Origin: the human T2T-CHM13v2.0 reference genome, Homo sapiens
Reading direction: 5' to 3' (one strand)
Assembly: GCF_009914755.1 (NCBI RefSeq)
Contig: NC_060936.1
Length of the DNA: 64,000 bases
The position numbers and the translations under genes are program-made. The notes beneath the pieces were generated by a model, which was not told the origin of the DNA, did no database searches, and was given only the letters and a program-made list of their open reading frames with translations. Below are positions 16,318 through 40,344 of this stretch, piece by piece; within the stretch, counting starts at the first letter, position 1, and each line of letters begins with the position of its first letter.

Positions 16318-17509
16318 CAGCCCATAGTGCATGCCACTCCTTATTTGGAGATGCTTCCTTAACTATCCCTGGGCAACTTCCTTTTCTTTCTTTGTTCTAT
16401 TCCCCTTACCTAATTAAGAAAGTTTTAAACTAATAACCAATCAGGTAAAGTGTAAAATGTGAGGTCCTATTCCAGCCAATGAAAACTGGACACAGCAGTA
16501 GGGTAGACATGTCAGGTTATAAATTACTCTGTCTCCTTTGTTTGGTGTGCTCTCGTGGCTGGATGGCTACTGAGTAGCACCCTTTCTGCAGAAAGTAAAG
16601 CTCACCTGGCTGAGAGATTGTTTGTTCCTGCATTCTTTTTTTTTTTTTTTTCGACACCAAAAACTTCATTCCCAACATCCAGATGTCCTAAATGATCTCT
16701 CTCAAGTTCAAAGTTCCACAAATCTCTAGGGCAGGGGCAAAATGCCACCAGTCTCTTAGATAAAACATAGCAAGAGTCACCTTTACTCCAGTTCCCAACA
16801 AGTTCTTCAACCCCATCTGAGACCACCTCAGCCCGGACCTTATTGTTCATATCACTATCAGCATTTTGGTCAAAGCCATTCAAGAAGTCTCTAGGAAGTT
16901 CCAAACTTTCCCACATCTTCCTGTCTTCTTCTGAGCCTTCCAAATGGTTCCAACCTCTGCCTGTTACCCGGTTCCAAAGTCACTTCCACATTTTCAGGTA
17001 TCTTTTCAGCAATGACTCATTCTAACTGGTACTAATTTACTGTATTAATCCATTTTCACGCCACTGATAAAGACCTACCCAAGACTGGGCATTTTACAAA
17101 AGAAAGAGATTTATTGGACTTACAGTTCCACCTGGCTGGAGGGGCCTCACAATCATGGCAGAAGGCAAGGAGGAGCAAGTCACATCTTGCATGGATGGCA
17201 GCAGGCAGAGAGAGAGCTTATGTAGAGAAACTCCCATTTTAAAAACCATCAGGTCTCATAAGACCCATTCACTATCACAAGAACAGCATGGGAAAGACCC
17301 ACCCCCATGATTCAATCATCTCCTACTGCGTCCCTCCCACAACTCATGGGAATTATGGGAGCTACTGATGAGATTTGGGTAGCAATACAGAACCAAATCA
17401 TATCACTACCCAAAGGAAAAGAAATCATTATATTGAAAAGACACCTGCATCCATATGTTTATCACAGCACTATTCCAAAGACGAAGTCATGAAATCAACT
17501 CAAGTGGCA

Positions 17510-21380
<3,871 letters not shown>

Positions 21381-23242
21381 GTGGGATTTTTGATCTGCAG
21401 TTGGCTGTATCCACAGACACAGCACCTGCAGATATGGAGGGCCAACTGTACTGCCTCTATGCTGGAACTTTAGCTGCACCTTCAAAAGACTATCCTAATG
21501 GTTTATCGGCCAGCAATTTCTACATAGTGTGATGTATAATACAACCAGTGGGTTCCACAGTCAGGACACCCCTCCTGAAACTCCTTTACTGCAAAGTGAT
21601 ACCTCTGATTGGATGCTTGCTTCTGTGGGATTCTATGCCTGTGAATCAGGAACTCAGTAAATCCCCAAATTGTGGTGTTGGCTAAGACTCTGAGGGCTGG
21701 AAAGTCAAATTCATATCCAGAATGGGTGTCAGAACAGGTATCTGTTTCAACGAGAAAGAACTATTGACTTTTCCACGATGGAAGGGGACTAATATAGTCA
21801 ATTTATTACAAAATGCCAGTTGGTCTTTTCAAATAGTAGCATGGTGGGGACTCATCTACATTGTTGATAGGTCATACATACAGAGGTATTTGGATCAGCC
21901 TCAATAAGTGGGAGTTCATACAAACAGACTTATGTGTTGCATTCATGCATTCCATTTGCCTGTAATACTTATTCTGGGTAGAAAAAGGACCAAGGCTGAC
22001 TAATGTCAACTGGTTGAGTCATTTTGTCTATTGATTATTCAGTGGCTCTGATAGGCATTAATCTATAGAAACTTTTCACACACCATTCCCACTCCCATAT
22101 CTCCACTCATATGTCATTGGCCCAGACCCTCTTATTTCTGATCTTCCAATTCTTTTATTTCTAAACCCCTGAACTCTGGCCAGGCATTTGCCACAGTTCA
22201 CACTTATTTTCACCTCAGGCCACTTCTGCTTTCATACAAAGTGAATGGCCAGGTACACCCAAAGTTCCACCTTGAAAATGTTCTCTCACCACTGTCTTTC
22301 AAGGCCGCCGCCCCTGAGTATGGCTGTAATGTAGCCATTGTCCATTTTCAGCTTGTACCCACCTGTCAAGCCAACCAACTGATAAACCAAGAATGAACTT
22401 TTTTTCATTTCCTTTATCTAGTGGGACAGGAACCCATCTCTCATATGGTGCTAAGTGAGAGCTGAAAGAAGATTACTGGTACAACTGTGGTGGGTGATAT
22501 GGAGCTCTAGCTTGTCTGCTTACGTAGTTTACTTATGCCCTCTGTTTCTACTTAGATACAATCTTAAATGTACCATTTACATCTTATAGATATGTTGTAA
22601 CTGGAACTGCCTAACTTTATGATTCAATCTGACAAAACACAAATCATGATGGATGGTTCTGGACACATGGTCACTTGGTATCCTATCAGTTTCTATGCTT
22701 CTGTCTTTGTAATAGAGAATACAAATGCAGCAATTTGTGCATCAGCATCTTCCTGACCCCTGAATTTCTAAAGTTCTTATTGAAGTGACAGATTCCTCTG
22801 GAGTGCATATGCCTTACCAAGACCTCTAGTATGCTAGTCACTTCTTGCTCATCCTGCCAGATCAGCATGATGCCATTAATATAATAAATCAATTTGAAAT
22901 TGTACAGGATTCCAGACAGTCCAGATCTCTTCTAAATATTTTCTGTCAGTGGGTAGAACTGTTAATATAGCTCTAGGGCAAAATTTTATTCTTTCCATGT
23001 GAGTGCAAACTATTTCTGATTCTCTTGATTGATTAGGATTAAAAAAACACATTTGCCAAACTAATGCTGCATACTATATATCTGAGGCCTTATTAATCTG
23101 CTCAAGCAATAATACAACATTCAGCATGGCAGCTATGACTGGTTCTATTACTTGGTTGACCTTGTGGTAGTCCACAGGTTTCCTCCAAGATCCATCTATT
23201 TTCAGCAGGGACCAGACTGGTCCATTAAAAATACATAGGATA

Positions 23243-25432
<2,190 letters not shown>

Positions 25433-26309
25433 CTCTGTCTCCAAAATATATATGATAGGGACTACCATTCCTCCAATTTTAGATCTTTAAAGGGGAACAA
25501 ATCTCTGTCATATCTTCAGGAAACAATATTGTTTTTTATTTTCTGTCTTTAAGCTTGGTAATGTCAGAGGCTGTGTCTTCCTCCACAGCCAAGGACCCAA
25601 TGTCGAAGACTATCCAATAGTAAATTGGAGAGCCAGAGAAATGACCATGCAGTAAATCTGCAAACCAAATGGACCCACTGCAAGATAAACTTTAGCTAGT
25701 AATATTTTACCTTGCCCCATTCACCTCCATGTAACAGGGCCCATGGTGATACTTTGGCTCTCTGCATATCAATGTCAACCCAGATCCTGTGTCCAATAGT
25801 CTCCCAACTGTGTGTATATTCTCCTTTTCAAGTACTTATTCACCACATAAATGTCCATGGATCCCTTTGGGAAAGACTAGACAAATCTTTAGAGTACATA
25901 CAGAAGGGGGTTACTAAGGAATCTTTAAAGTACGTACCAGTGGCGTTTTTCCAAGGAATTCAGCCACCTCTTTAGTCTGTAGGTTCCAGGTCTGAAAACT
26001 GTCTGAAATCCAGTAATTAAGCAAGGGATCATGATTTTTTACGACTTACTTCCTTGAACCACTGCTAAAACCAGCTGTGCTAGTTCAGATTCTCCAATAC
26101 TAAAAAAAAGGTGTGCTAGTTCAGAAGGCAATGTCAAGATAACGTCAGAAGCGCAAGAGATAGTGGTCCAAGAGACTTACCTCCTTGGACCACTACTAAA
26201 CTTACTAAGACTTACTTCCTTGGGCCACTAGTTCAGACGCTCCACTACTAAAACCAGCCATGAGAAGTGCAAGAGATTTATTCATTGATGCGTGTAAAAG
26301 CTAAGGCAT

Positions 26310-26930
26310 TAACTAGTATAATATGGGAAGGAGAAAGAAAAAGAGTAACTTTACAGGAGAGAAAACTGACAAACACTACCTCAGCCAGGTGATCCAGGTC
26401 ACCATCAGGTCAACATCAAGTCATGTTAATAGTCACGTTAATAGTATGTATTTTTGATATGATGAGAATAGCACTTTTCCTCCGTGGTCTTCTTCCCAAG
26501 AATACATAATCCCAGCCTAACTGTGAGAAAAGCAACAGATGAATCTCAAATGAGGAACATTCTCTAAAATACCTGACAAGTACTCTTTAAAACTGTCAAA
26601 GTCATCAAAAACAAAGGAAGTCTGAGAAACCATCACAAACACAAGGAGACTAAGATTAGAAGTATGTCTACTCAATGTAATATGATATCCTGAATGGGAT
26701 TTTGGAAGGGAAAATAAAAGGGTATTAAGTAAAAACTAAAAAAAAAAAAATAAAGTGTGGACTTTAGGTTAATGATAATGTATCAACATTGGCTCATTAA
26801 TCATGAAAAATGTTCAATGTAAGATGTTAACAATAGGGGAAAGTTGGTATGAGGTATATGGGAACTCTGTACTATAAAATTTTCTGCAAATCTAAATGTG
26901 TCCTAAAATATAGAAGTTTCTTAAGAACAT
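26310..26930 (+). mobile_element. L1MC-type 3' end
   Basis: aaacactacctcagccaggtgatc ... gggaactctgtacta ... ttttctgcaaatctaaa motifs. Confidence 0.7.
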
Positions 26931-27010
26931 TTTGTAAAAAGTGTATTTTATGGCACATGAAAATTACATAAAATTTAAATTACAGTGGCCATGAAAAAAG
27001 TTTTATTATA

Positions 27011-27011
<1 letters not shown>

Positions 27012-27047
<36 letters not shown>
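27012..27047. repeat. (CA)18 microsatellite
   Basis: Directly visible. Confidence 0.97.
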
Positions 27048-27049
<2 letters not shown>

Positions 27050-27505
27050 AAATGGCAGAGGAAACAGGAGTAGACAGAAAATGCTTTATACCACAATGTA
27101 TATCTGATACTTTTGAAGGGGAGTGGGGCTGGGGGAAGGACAGAGATTCAGGAGGAAGAGGCTCTAATTGCAACTCTGAAAAAATCTGAGCCCACGCAAG
27201 GGAAAGTTGTGGCACAAAAATCCTCAGTGGAGATCTTTTGTGTCGGGAGAAGTATGTGTTGGGCAAAAATGTCTTAGTACAGTGTCATGCTTAGTCATTG
27301 AGTGGGGCTGGCCAGGAAAAGAGTGGCCTTGGCTGAAATGCTGTGGCAGATTTCAAAGGTGCTGCAGCTGGAGACTGTCAGCTCACTGCACTCCTTTTGA
27401 CAAGTTCTCTTGAAGGGAAATCTCAGGGATGTGCCTCCATATTGCCACATGGGTAAAGCAGATTCACCTGAGTAACTGAGAGTGACATTTCACATAGATC
27501 AAAGC

Positions 27506-28491
27506 TGTAGGGAAAAGAGAGATCAGACTGTTACTGTGTCTATGTAGAAAAGGAAGACATAAGAAACTCCATTTTAACCTGTTCTCTGAACAATTGCTTT
27601 GCCCTGAGATGCTGTTAATCTGTAACTTTGCCACAACCTTGAACTCACAAAAACATGTGTTGTATGGAATCAAGGTTTAAGGGATCTAGGGCTGTACAGG
27701 ATGTGCCTTGTTAACAAAATGTTTACAGGCAGTATGCTTGGTAAAAGTCATCGCCATTCTCCATTCTCAATAAACCACGGGCACAAACACCGCAGAAAGC
27801 CGCAGGGACATCTGCCCTGAAAAGCCGAGTATTGTCCAAGGTTTCTCCCTATGTGATAGCCTGAGATATGGCCTCGTGGGATGGGAAAGACCTGGCCATC
27901 CCCCAGCCTGACATCCATGAAGGGTCTGTACTGAGGAAGATTAGTAAAAGAGGAAGGCCTCTTACAGTTGAAATAAGAGGAAGACCTCTGTCTCCTGCCT
28001 GCCCCTGGGAAAGGAATGTCTCGGTATAAAACCCGATTGTACATTTGTTCTATTCTGAGATAGGAGAAAAACCGCCCTGTGGCGGGAGGCAAGACATGTT
28101 TGCAGCAATGCTGCTCTGTTATTCTTTACTCCACTGAGATGTTTGGTTGGAGAGAAGCATAAATCTGGCCTACGTGCACATCCAGGCATAGTACCTTCCC
28201 TTTAACTTATTCGTGACACAGATTCCTTTGCTCAAATGTTTTCTTACTGACATTCTCCCCACTCTGCTCTCCTGCCACATTCCTCTTGCTAAAATAGTAA
28301 AAATAGTAATCAATAAATACTGAGGGAACTCAGAGACCGGTGCTGGTGCGGGTCCTCTGTATGCTGAGCGCCGGTCCCCTGGGCCCACTGTTCTTTCTCT
28401 ATACTTTGTCTCTGTGAATTATTTCTTTTCTCAGTCTCTCCTCCCACCTGATGAGAAATACCCACAGGTGTGGAGAGGCTGGCCCCCTTCA
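27506..28491 (+). mobile_element. Solo HERV-K(HML-2) LTR5 (LTR5B-like)
   Basis: tgtagggaaaagagagatcagactgttactgtg ... ggctggcccccttca, 986 bp; perfect 6-bp TSD CAAAGC (27500-27505, 28492-28497); AATAAA at 28312. Confidence 0.93.
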
Positions 28492-28899
28492 CAAAGCATT
28501 TGTACAGCCTATCTTATAGCTTTTAAGCTTTCAAGGAGAAGTTGAGGGGGAAATAACTGTGGGGGTTTTTAAGAAGGATTCTGACTAAAGAGTCTAAGAT
28601 TAAACTCCCTCCATAAGAAAAATAATTCCTGGAGGATGAGATGAAAATTCCAATTGATAAGCTGGTCGGGAAGATCTGAAGCTATATGGTTAGGTCATGG
28701 TGTAATGGCCTGAGGATAAGTAACTGTGCCTTCCTGAACTCTTGGGTACTGAGCTCAATGCACAATATAACCCAAATCACAGGGCAAGAACCATATCCAA
28801 ATATTAAAAGGACACAGAAATGCAGTGGTGAAAGAGTGAAAAGTGTTGGACTGGCAAATCTGACAAATTGTTATGAGGAACACCTGACCCTATTGTTGG

Positions 28900-29900
28900 T
28901 ACAAATGTGATGCGTGAGTAGGAAACTCAGCTGATGCCACTGAGAGTTAAGTAAGGAAGTTTCTTTAAGTGGGAACCTTGGAGTAGTCAAAGCTGAAAGA
29001 CAGGGAACCATTTTAATAGAATGGCCCCATGGGGTATAATAGGAAACTACTTCTGGCCGAAGGCTGGCGGAGTGCTATAGGGAAGAACATTGGGCTTTTA
29101 GACCTAATGATCCTTGATTCAGTTACTCAGCTCTTTGTCTTTTAAATATAACTATAAGCATTCTAGTGGGTACTGGATGAGACTATACCTTCTAATGAGT
29201 GACTTCAATAGTTTTAAGATCAAAGATTCTAATAAGAACTTGAGCATTGCATGAAAAGCATTTAAATAAGAAACACGCAGCTCAGCAAACTGAACTGATT
29301 AAATGCAAAGAATATATTCATAAACCTGCAAAGGTGAGTAGCATGGAAGGAAACCGTGGGATCTATGAACAATGGAAGTCACCTCCCTACAGACAAGACT
29401 GTCCCCATGAAATGACTTACCTCTAACATTGAAAGCTTGTGCCCCACTGTATGAGACTCTTAATTCATAAAAGGGGGAAAAAAAAACATGGAGCTTGGTT
29501 TATGGATGACAATGCTTGATTAATAGAGATTTGTATTTGAAAGAATGCCAACTAACAGAAAATTTCTAGTAAAAAATGGAGTATATCAGCAAAATTGACA
29601 GAATTATATCCAATGTGGCTGGCATAAACTCCCATTGAGATAAATGGATGAGATAGATAGATACATACATTGATATCTACTATTATAGATATCTATTTAT
29701 ATAATAACTCTGTCAATGACTAATGTTCTAACTATTTGTTTTGGCAAGTGAGGCACAGTGAATCAGACATAAAAATACCAATCATTAGGATGCTGGATTA
29801 AAAAAAAAAAAAAGCCATGAGTCTTTAATTTAAAAGTAAATAGTGGTCATACCAATGCCCTTCAGTCACATTCAGAGGTAGAAAGTGAGAGTGACTGAGA
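28900..29900 (+). mobile_element. Highly decayed ERV pol (RNase H-like) remnant
   Basis: Fragments translate to AWFMD, KLTELYPMWLA and MTNVLTICFGK, in the order expected of ERVL-type RNase H motifs. Confidence 0.4.
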
Positions 29901-31962
29901 CTACAAGATACATTTAGTGTTAGTGATTTCTTTCAGTCTTTGGTATGAGTTAGGGGCACAAAATATCTCTTGGAGTATACATGAAAGAGAAAGGGGAGAA
30001 ATAATTAGATTAAAACTTTGAGATTAAGTCCTGCCATATAAACACATATCTGAGCTCTTGTCCAGTTATTTCTTTAGGATAAGTTGTTAAAACTGGGATG
30101 GTGGGGTATAAAAATATTGAAGGCATTTGATTTGTTTTGCCACAGTAATCTTTTGGAAATGTTAATAGCTCCTATCATCTATGAATGAGAGTGCAATCAT
30201 CAATTTTATTCTGTCAATCTGACAGACTACAAATGCCATCTGCATGTTTTAATTTACATTTTTAATGCTAGTGAGGTAGGAAATTTTTTAATGCTTTAAA
30301 GTTCTTTTATTGATTGCCTATACAAATTCTTTGGCCATTCTTTAGTTGGTGTTTTTGTCAATTTATTATTGACATGTAAGACTACATATATTTAGGGATG
30401 CTAATCATGCTATGTTACATGGGTTGCAATATCTCTCCCTAGTTTGCCATTTGCCTTAATATTTGCCTATGATGCTGTTTAGAATCTCTCTATATAGCAG
30501 GAAAGATGGCTGTCAGTATCCTAGGCCTATCCCTTACATCTCACAAAGAAGAGACTGTGGTGTGTCTTACTAGCTTCAGCCCAAAATTCCTAGGAATGAC
30601 TCAAATTGACTTATCTTAGACCATGTTCTAATTCCTGAATCAATCACTATCCTCAAAGAATGCAGAGAAAGATCAAGAAATACTTTGATTGGCCCAATCT
30701 GGAATCTGTGCCCATTTTAGCACCTGGAGATGGAGGACTAGGGCACCATAACTGAAGCCAAAACATGGCTACAGAGAGCAGGTGGATAGCAAAACGTTCC
30801 AGACACAGGAACACTATACTTTACCACAGTTAACTGCAGCAGTGTGCCACTGTAATTTTTCCCAGGTTAATAGACAATAGTCCTGACCTCGCTTCGTGAA
30901 TAACCAATTAATCACTCAAATATGTTTGGGCACATACCAGTCCTAAAAAAATCTCACAATTGTGGTCAAATATAATTTTGAATTTGAAATTTCAGCACTG
31001 GAAACCGCTGAATTAAACAAAGTTAAAGTGATCCTTCCTATGTACTACAGGAATTCTCAGAGCCTTTGAGATGCCAAGTATGAATTAGGTACAGTTAAAC
31101 TGTGTGTGGAATACACAGAAGTTTTTGTGCTTTTTATCATTGAGGACTTTCTCACGTATCTATTTTTTTCAAAAGAATACAGTTTGGTAAAATGTTCCAT
31201 ATATTAAATTATTATAAACACCTGCATTTTTTCTGGACTTTTAATTTTATTCCATTGATCTATTTAGTTAAGTTTGTCATAAGAAATGGATTATACTGAG
31301 ATGCTGTTAATCAAGAAATATCATATCTCCTCCCTCCCCTCAACACCCACTCCCTGGCTGCATGAGAATTATAGAAGACAAAGTAATTGTTTACTGTTAG
31401 CAAGGGCTTTATCCCCAAATCCCACTAAAGAACCACAGTGAGTTTGCTTAAGCCATGTCCAGCTATGGCCTGTGCATTCTCTCACCCTACTACCTCAACT
31501 TGGCTCTCAGAGCCTACCACTGAGTAGAAATGAAACCCATACCTGCCAGCACCAGAGAAAACAGAAGCAAAGGAATTTAGCAGATATATATCACAGGCCT
31601 ATCCTATGTGGGTAACAGGGGAAGTGTTACAAACTCCAGAATGAGCTGCCTCCAGGCATGGAAGAAAATAGAGAAAAGAGCACATCTATGTTTATTAAGA
31701 CTTTTTAGTCTGTTTGAGTGCTGTACCCAAACAACATGGCCCACTCAAAGCAACAAAAAATGATAAGTCAAGATCAGTATTCTTGCTAGAGGCAGAGTAA
31801 GAGATCTAGAATGAATATGAGTGCCTGAGCTCCTAAAAGAAGCCAATTTATTCATTCTTCTACCAGTGAAATTATTATGATTAGTGTATTTTCCCATTCT
31901 GCTTAGAAAAATCACTCATTTTCTTTTTTCAAGTTTTTGTGCTAGTCTCACTTATCTTTTGA

Positions 31963-32309
<347 letters not shown>

Positions 32310-32319
32310 TAATATTTTT

Positions 32320-36335
<4,016 letters not shown>

Positions 36336-36391
36336 TTCAATCAGTAATTCTACTTAGGATTTTTATAATTGGGATCATATTCAATTTATAT

Positions 36392-36840
36392 TTGAGGAAA
36401 GAAAAGTACTTTTATCTGAGGAATGTGAGCCCTTTCAAATTATTGGGCCCAGAGAGACATTAAAATGAGACAGCAATCATGTCCTACTTCCCCATTTTGA
36501 GCTACATATTCATCTATTGAAACTACTTGCTATTGCCTATAAATTAAACTAATAATGCCACACTGGACACCATAACCCACAACCCATGGCTTAACAATGT
36601 ATAGCCAATCACTAATCAATGTTATTTCTGTAAACCTATGAGAATTCCTGACAAATAACTTTGTATTAGCCCACTCCCTGGCCCATTTTTTTGCCTTTAA
36701 AAATCCACTTGCAGCTGTTGCTAATTGGAGTGTGTATTCAGGGCCATTGAATCTATGCTCCCAGGTTGCAGTCCTCAGTCTTGGCTCAAATGCTCTGCTT
36801 ATATTAATTTTGCCTCAGCTTCTTCCTTTTAGGTTAATAT
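36392..36840 (+). mobile_element. Older ERV1-type solo LTR (family not assigned)
   Basis: ttatctgaggaatgtgagccctttcaaattat..., ccaatc box, gcctttaaaaatcc, typical MER4-group layout. Confidence 0.55.
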
Positions 36841-37621
36841 AAGTTGGTGAAAATTGACACTTTTCAATGCAATTTTCTAATTCATGAAATTGGCTCCATA
36901 TTCATTCAATTTATGTATTGTCTCTTGTCTCTTAATTGCTTTCCTCTGTAAGACACTATTTTGCCTCTGCTGCTCAGCTGCTTCTTTCACTATTTTTTTC
37001 TTCCTTGAGGATGCCTTCTATATCCTCCTTACTCTTTTCTCTCTTGTTCATGATACATTCCTGAATTACAAATAAATAATGTACTAATATGTATATATTT
37101 GAGTCCTTAACAATTTTATAATTTATATATAATTATTAGGATGTAAATGCTTAATGCTATAAGTTAATAGATTATTCAATGTCAGGGGCATCTGCATACA
37201 TGTTACTCTCTACCTTTAATGCTAAATTTATTCTAATTTTTAAAGCTATGAAAATCTATTTTCTCAAGCAGATAATATTTATTAAATAATCATTCTTCCT
37301 TTAAAAAGTAGATTATAATTACAGCTCTAATATGACATAATCTATTGAACTGTTTACATAACTTAAGAGAAAGAAGAGTAGTATTTTTGTAAATATAATG
37401 ATTTAAAAACTTTGTCTTGTACTAAAACTTCAATACCTGGAAGCAAACTACCTGGATTCACAATTTCTACTGTGATTCCTTTACAGAGGTATAGTAATGC
37501 TTATTTTGTTACCCTCCCAAGATGATCCCAAAGAAAATCTTTCTCTAAGCAGATTCCATTATATTGCTGTCCTCTCAAGTTAAGGTACTCAGGAATTACC
37601 AGCAAAATCTGGATTAGATGC

Positions 37622-38068
37622 TGTATTAGTTTCCTAGGGTTACAAACTGGGTGGCTAACATCAGAAATTTATTCTCCCTCACTTCTGGAGGCTAGAAGTC
37701 TGAAATCAAGGTGTTGACTGGACCATGCTCCCTCCCAAGCCACTAAGAGAAGATACTTTCTTGACTCTTCCAGCTTCTTGTAGCCCCAGGAATTACTTGG
37801 TTTGTGACAGCATAACTCCAATCTCTGCCTCTGTCTTCTCATGATTGTCTTCCTTCTGTGTGTTTCTGTGTCTTCACATGGCATTTTTTCCTCTGTGTCC
37901 GTATTCCTCTTATAAGGACACTAGTCATATTGGATTTAGGTCCATCTTAATGACCTCATCTTAACTTGATTACACGTGCAAGGACCCTATTTACAAATAT
38001 CATTCTGAAGTACAAGGAGTTAGGACCTCAACATATCTTTTGGAAGGATACAACTCAATCTATAATAG
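37622..38068 (-). mobile_element. MLT1 (MaLR) LTR
   Basis: tgtattagtttcctaggg ... ttctggaggctagaagtctgaaatcaagg ... acaactcaatctataata. Confidence 0.8.
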
Positions 38069-38548
38069 GTGCCTTGGGCGGGATGCTGATATCTCTCTGA
38101 ATAACTTCCCTTAAAGTAACTTAATTTTTTTTGCCTCGCACACAAAGCAGAAAGTAGCTATCTCCATTGTATCACCACTCTGATATAGGCACCAGCCCTT
38201 CCCTCTATCTTCTTCATGCTTACTGTGTAGAGGTGAAGCCGTAGGCAGAACAGCTATCTTGTGACTACAAGATAAAAAGTATGAGTGGAATGGCCTGAGG
38301 CTGAGGATGATGAAGCAGGAGTATAGAAAAAGCTTGAAATACTGTTGACATTACATTGATATTGAGCCCTCCCTGGGTTGCTCCTGTCCCCATTTGGACT
38401 TCTTTTTATTTTAGAGACGTTATACTCTATAGCAATTAAGTTATTGTAAATGAGTTTTTGTGCAACTAATCTATGTTCTCTCATGTTTGGTTTCTCCCTT
38501 GGAAAACAACCTCAAAACAGTGGAACTCGAAACAGCTTGTTTCTTTTC

Positions 38549-38931
38549 GCACTGGTTCTTGTGCCTGATAGTGGGGAAGCTGAAGGCAGGCCTTCCCATT
38601 CTGGCCCCGCCCATCTTTCCCCACTTCCAGACACTAAGCAGGGAGCTCAGACCACTGTGCACTCTGCCGATCAGCCTATTGCCTGAGGCAACAAAGAGTT
38701 TCTCCCGGTAAACAATGATCATGTATATACCCAGCTACATTGGCTGCAGCCAGCTCTTACTGGATAGTAGCTTAAACCACAAAGCCTAATATAAAACCTG
38801 CTGACAAAAGTGCATAAAGCTGTAGAAGCAAAGCCAAAACACCCTATCCACCATTCTCTACAGTCACACCCCCTAGGGTGAGGGAGAGGAAAAGGGAAAC
38901 AAAATTATAGGGAAAGAAACAAAAATCCTAC
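38549..38931 (+). repeat. Isolated copy of the L1 5'UTR segment at 42431-42833
   Basis: 10 mismatches counted over the first ~212 bp, then a 17-nt deletion, then continued similarity. Confidence 0.92.
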
Positions 38932-40344
38932 TGCTTATGCAAGCTTTTGAAAGTGAATCACGTTTATAAACGATTAAATATTGGCGTATCTTAGAAGTGC
39001 AACAGAAGCAGATAACATCTTTTTAATATAATAAGTAGTATATATTTTAGTCCTATTTTTCTTTTTTTGTTTTGTTTTAAATCAAAGTATGACTAACATC
39101 TCCACACCTATTAATGAAGTTGTAAATTATGATTTCATCAGTGACAGATGTTTTCCTCACAAAAAGGACTATCAGTAGCAACTTACTTTTTCCCATGTGT
39201 GATTGTGTTTGACTTTGTCTTTGCTGACTTTAATTTTAGATCTCAAATGACCTCAGACACTACCTGTTGGTAAATTTCATGTTTGGTTTCTGATCTGGCT
39301 GAATGTTTCTTAATCCTTTCTTTCTCTCTGGTTCAGCTTTCCTAGCATTGACTTTTACCTAAATTTTTAAGTCTCCTTGCAACTGGCAGTGCCAAGGAAT
39401 CCTGTCTGAGTCTACCTACATTGGGTTAATAAAAGTAGTAACACCTAGTAAGAGTGATCAAGAGAAAAACAGAAAAAAACAAAAATTACCAATATCAGGA
39501 ATAAAACAAGGGACACCACTAGAAGTGCAAGAGAAATTTAAAGAATAAGAAGGTGAATAACTTTGTTAATAAATTCAACAATTTAGATGAAATGGACAAA
39601 TTCTTGAATGAATTTTGAAAACAAACATGACAATAAAGAACAATTCTGATAGCCTCATGTTAAGAATTGTAAAGGATCTAAGATTTTATCCTAATTGCAA
39701 GCTAACAAGTTAGTAACGCTTTCAAGGAAAGAAAATACAAGACCTCTAGGTCAGAGATAAACAACGGTATTTTACTCATAGCAATGGTAATACATTACAC
39801 TTTTTAAAACATTATTTTCTTACAATTTATTTTTATTTGAATGTATGTATGTATAATTTTAAAAATTGAATAATTTTCTCAGTATGTAAAAAAAGCTGTC
39901 ATTGGAGCCACTGATGACAGGACATTTTTTAAAAGCTATTTTAGCAAAGAAACTGCAAAAAGAAAACAGGAGAAAAAAATTGGCAATCAAAATGTTCAAA
40001 GGAAACAGCAAAACTGCTGTTGAAACCACCATTTCCTTTGAGTTGAGCAACTTCAAAATAATGTTTCTCAGAAGTGTGAAATTAAGCTAAAAATGTTTAG
40101 CTGAATAATATAAACATTAATACAATGTTATCGCACTATATGGCCTACATTATCTCTTCGACTATTTACATCATGTATTTCCCCCCTGTAATATAAACAC
40201 TCAGATGCCTGACAAATTTAGATGCCTAACAAGTTTAACTCATGAATGACTAAATCTAGCAGTGCTATTCAAAATCATGTAAGTACTTATACATACCAGC
40301 ATTACCTATTAATTTTATTTATTTCTGCATGTTTATTTAGAAAT

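Larger units (their letters stand above)
15936..16677 (+). mobile_element. Solo ERV1 LTR, LTR10-family-like
   Basis: TG...CA termini and 4-bp TSD TCCA (15932-15935, 16678-16681). CCAAT and TATAAA near 16475-16523. gcaccctttctgcagaaagtaaa resembles LTR10. Subfamily uncertain. Confidence 0.78.
15630..17405 (-). mobile_element. THE1 (MaLR) 5' LTR 17041-17405 plus truncated internal region, interrupted by an ERV1 LTR
   Basis: THE1 LTR ends (tgtattaatccatttt ... caaatcatatca); internal peptides in ORFs 16602..16943 and 15609..15797. Confidence 0.88.

Noticed and set aside
16120-16362. YIYI-repeat ORFs on both strands
   Set aside because: Translation of the TA-rich tandem repeat.
38230-38540. Possible processed pseudogene (ORF 38254..38484)
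   Set aside because: No recognisable protein, A-tail or TSD; the minus strand resembles an old MLT1-type LTR.
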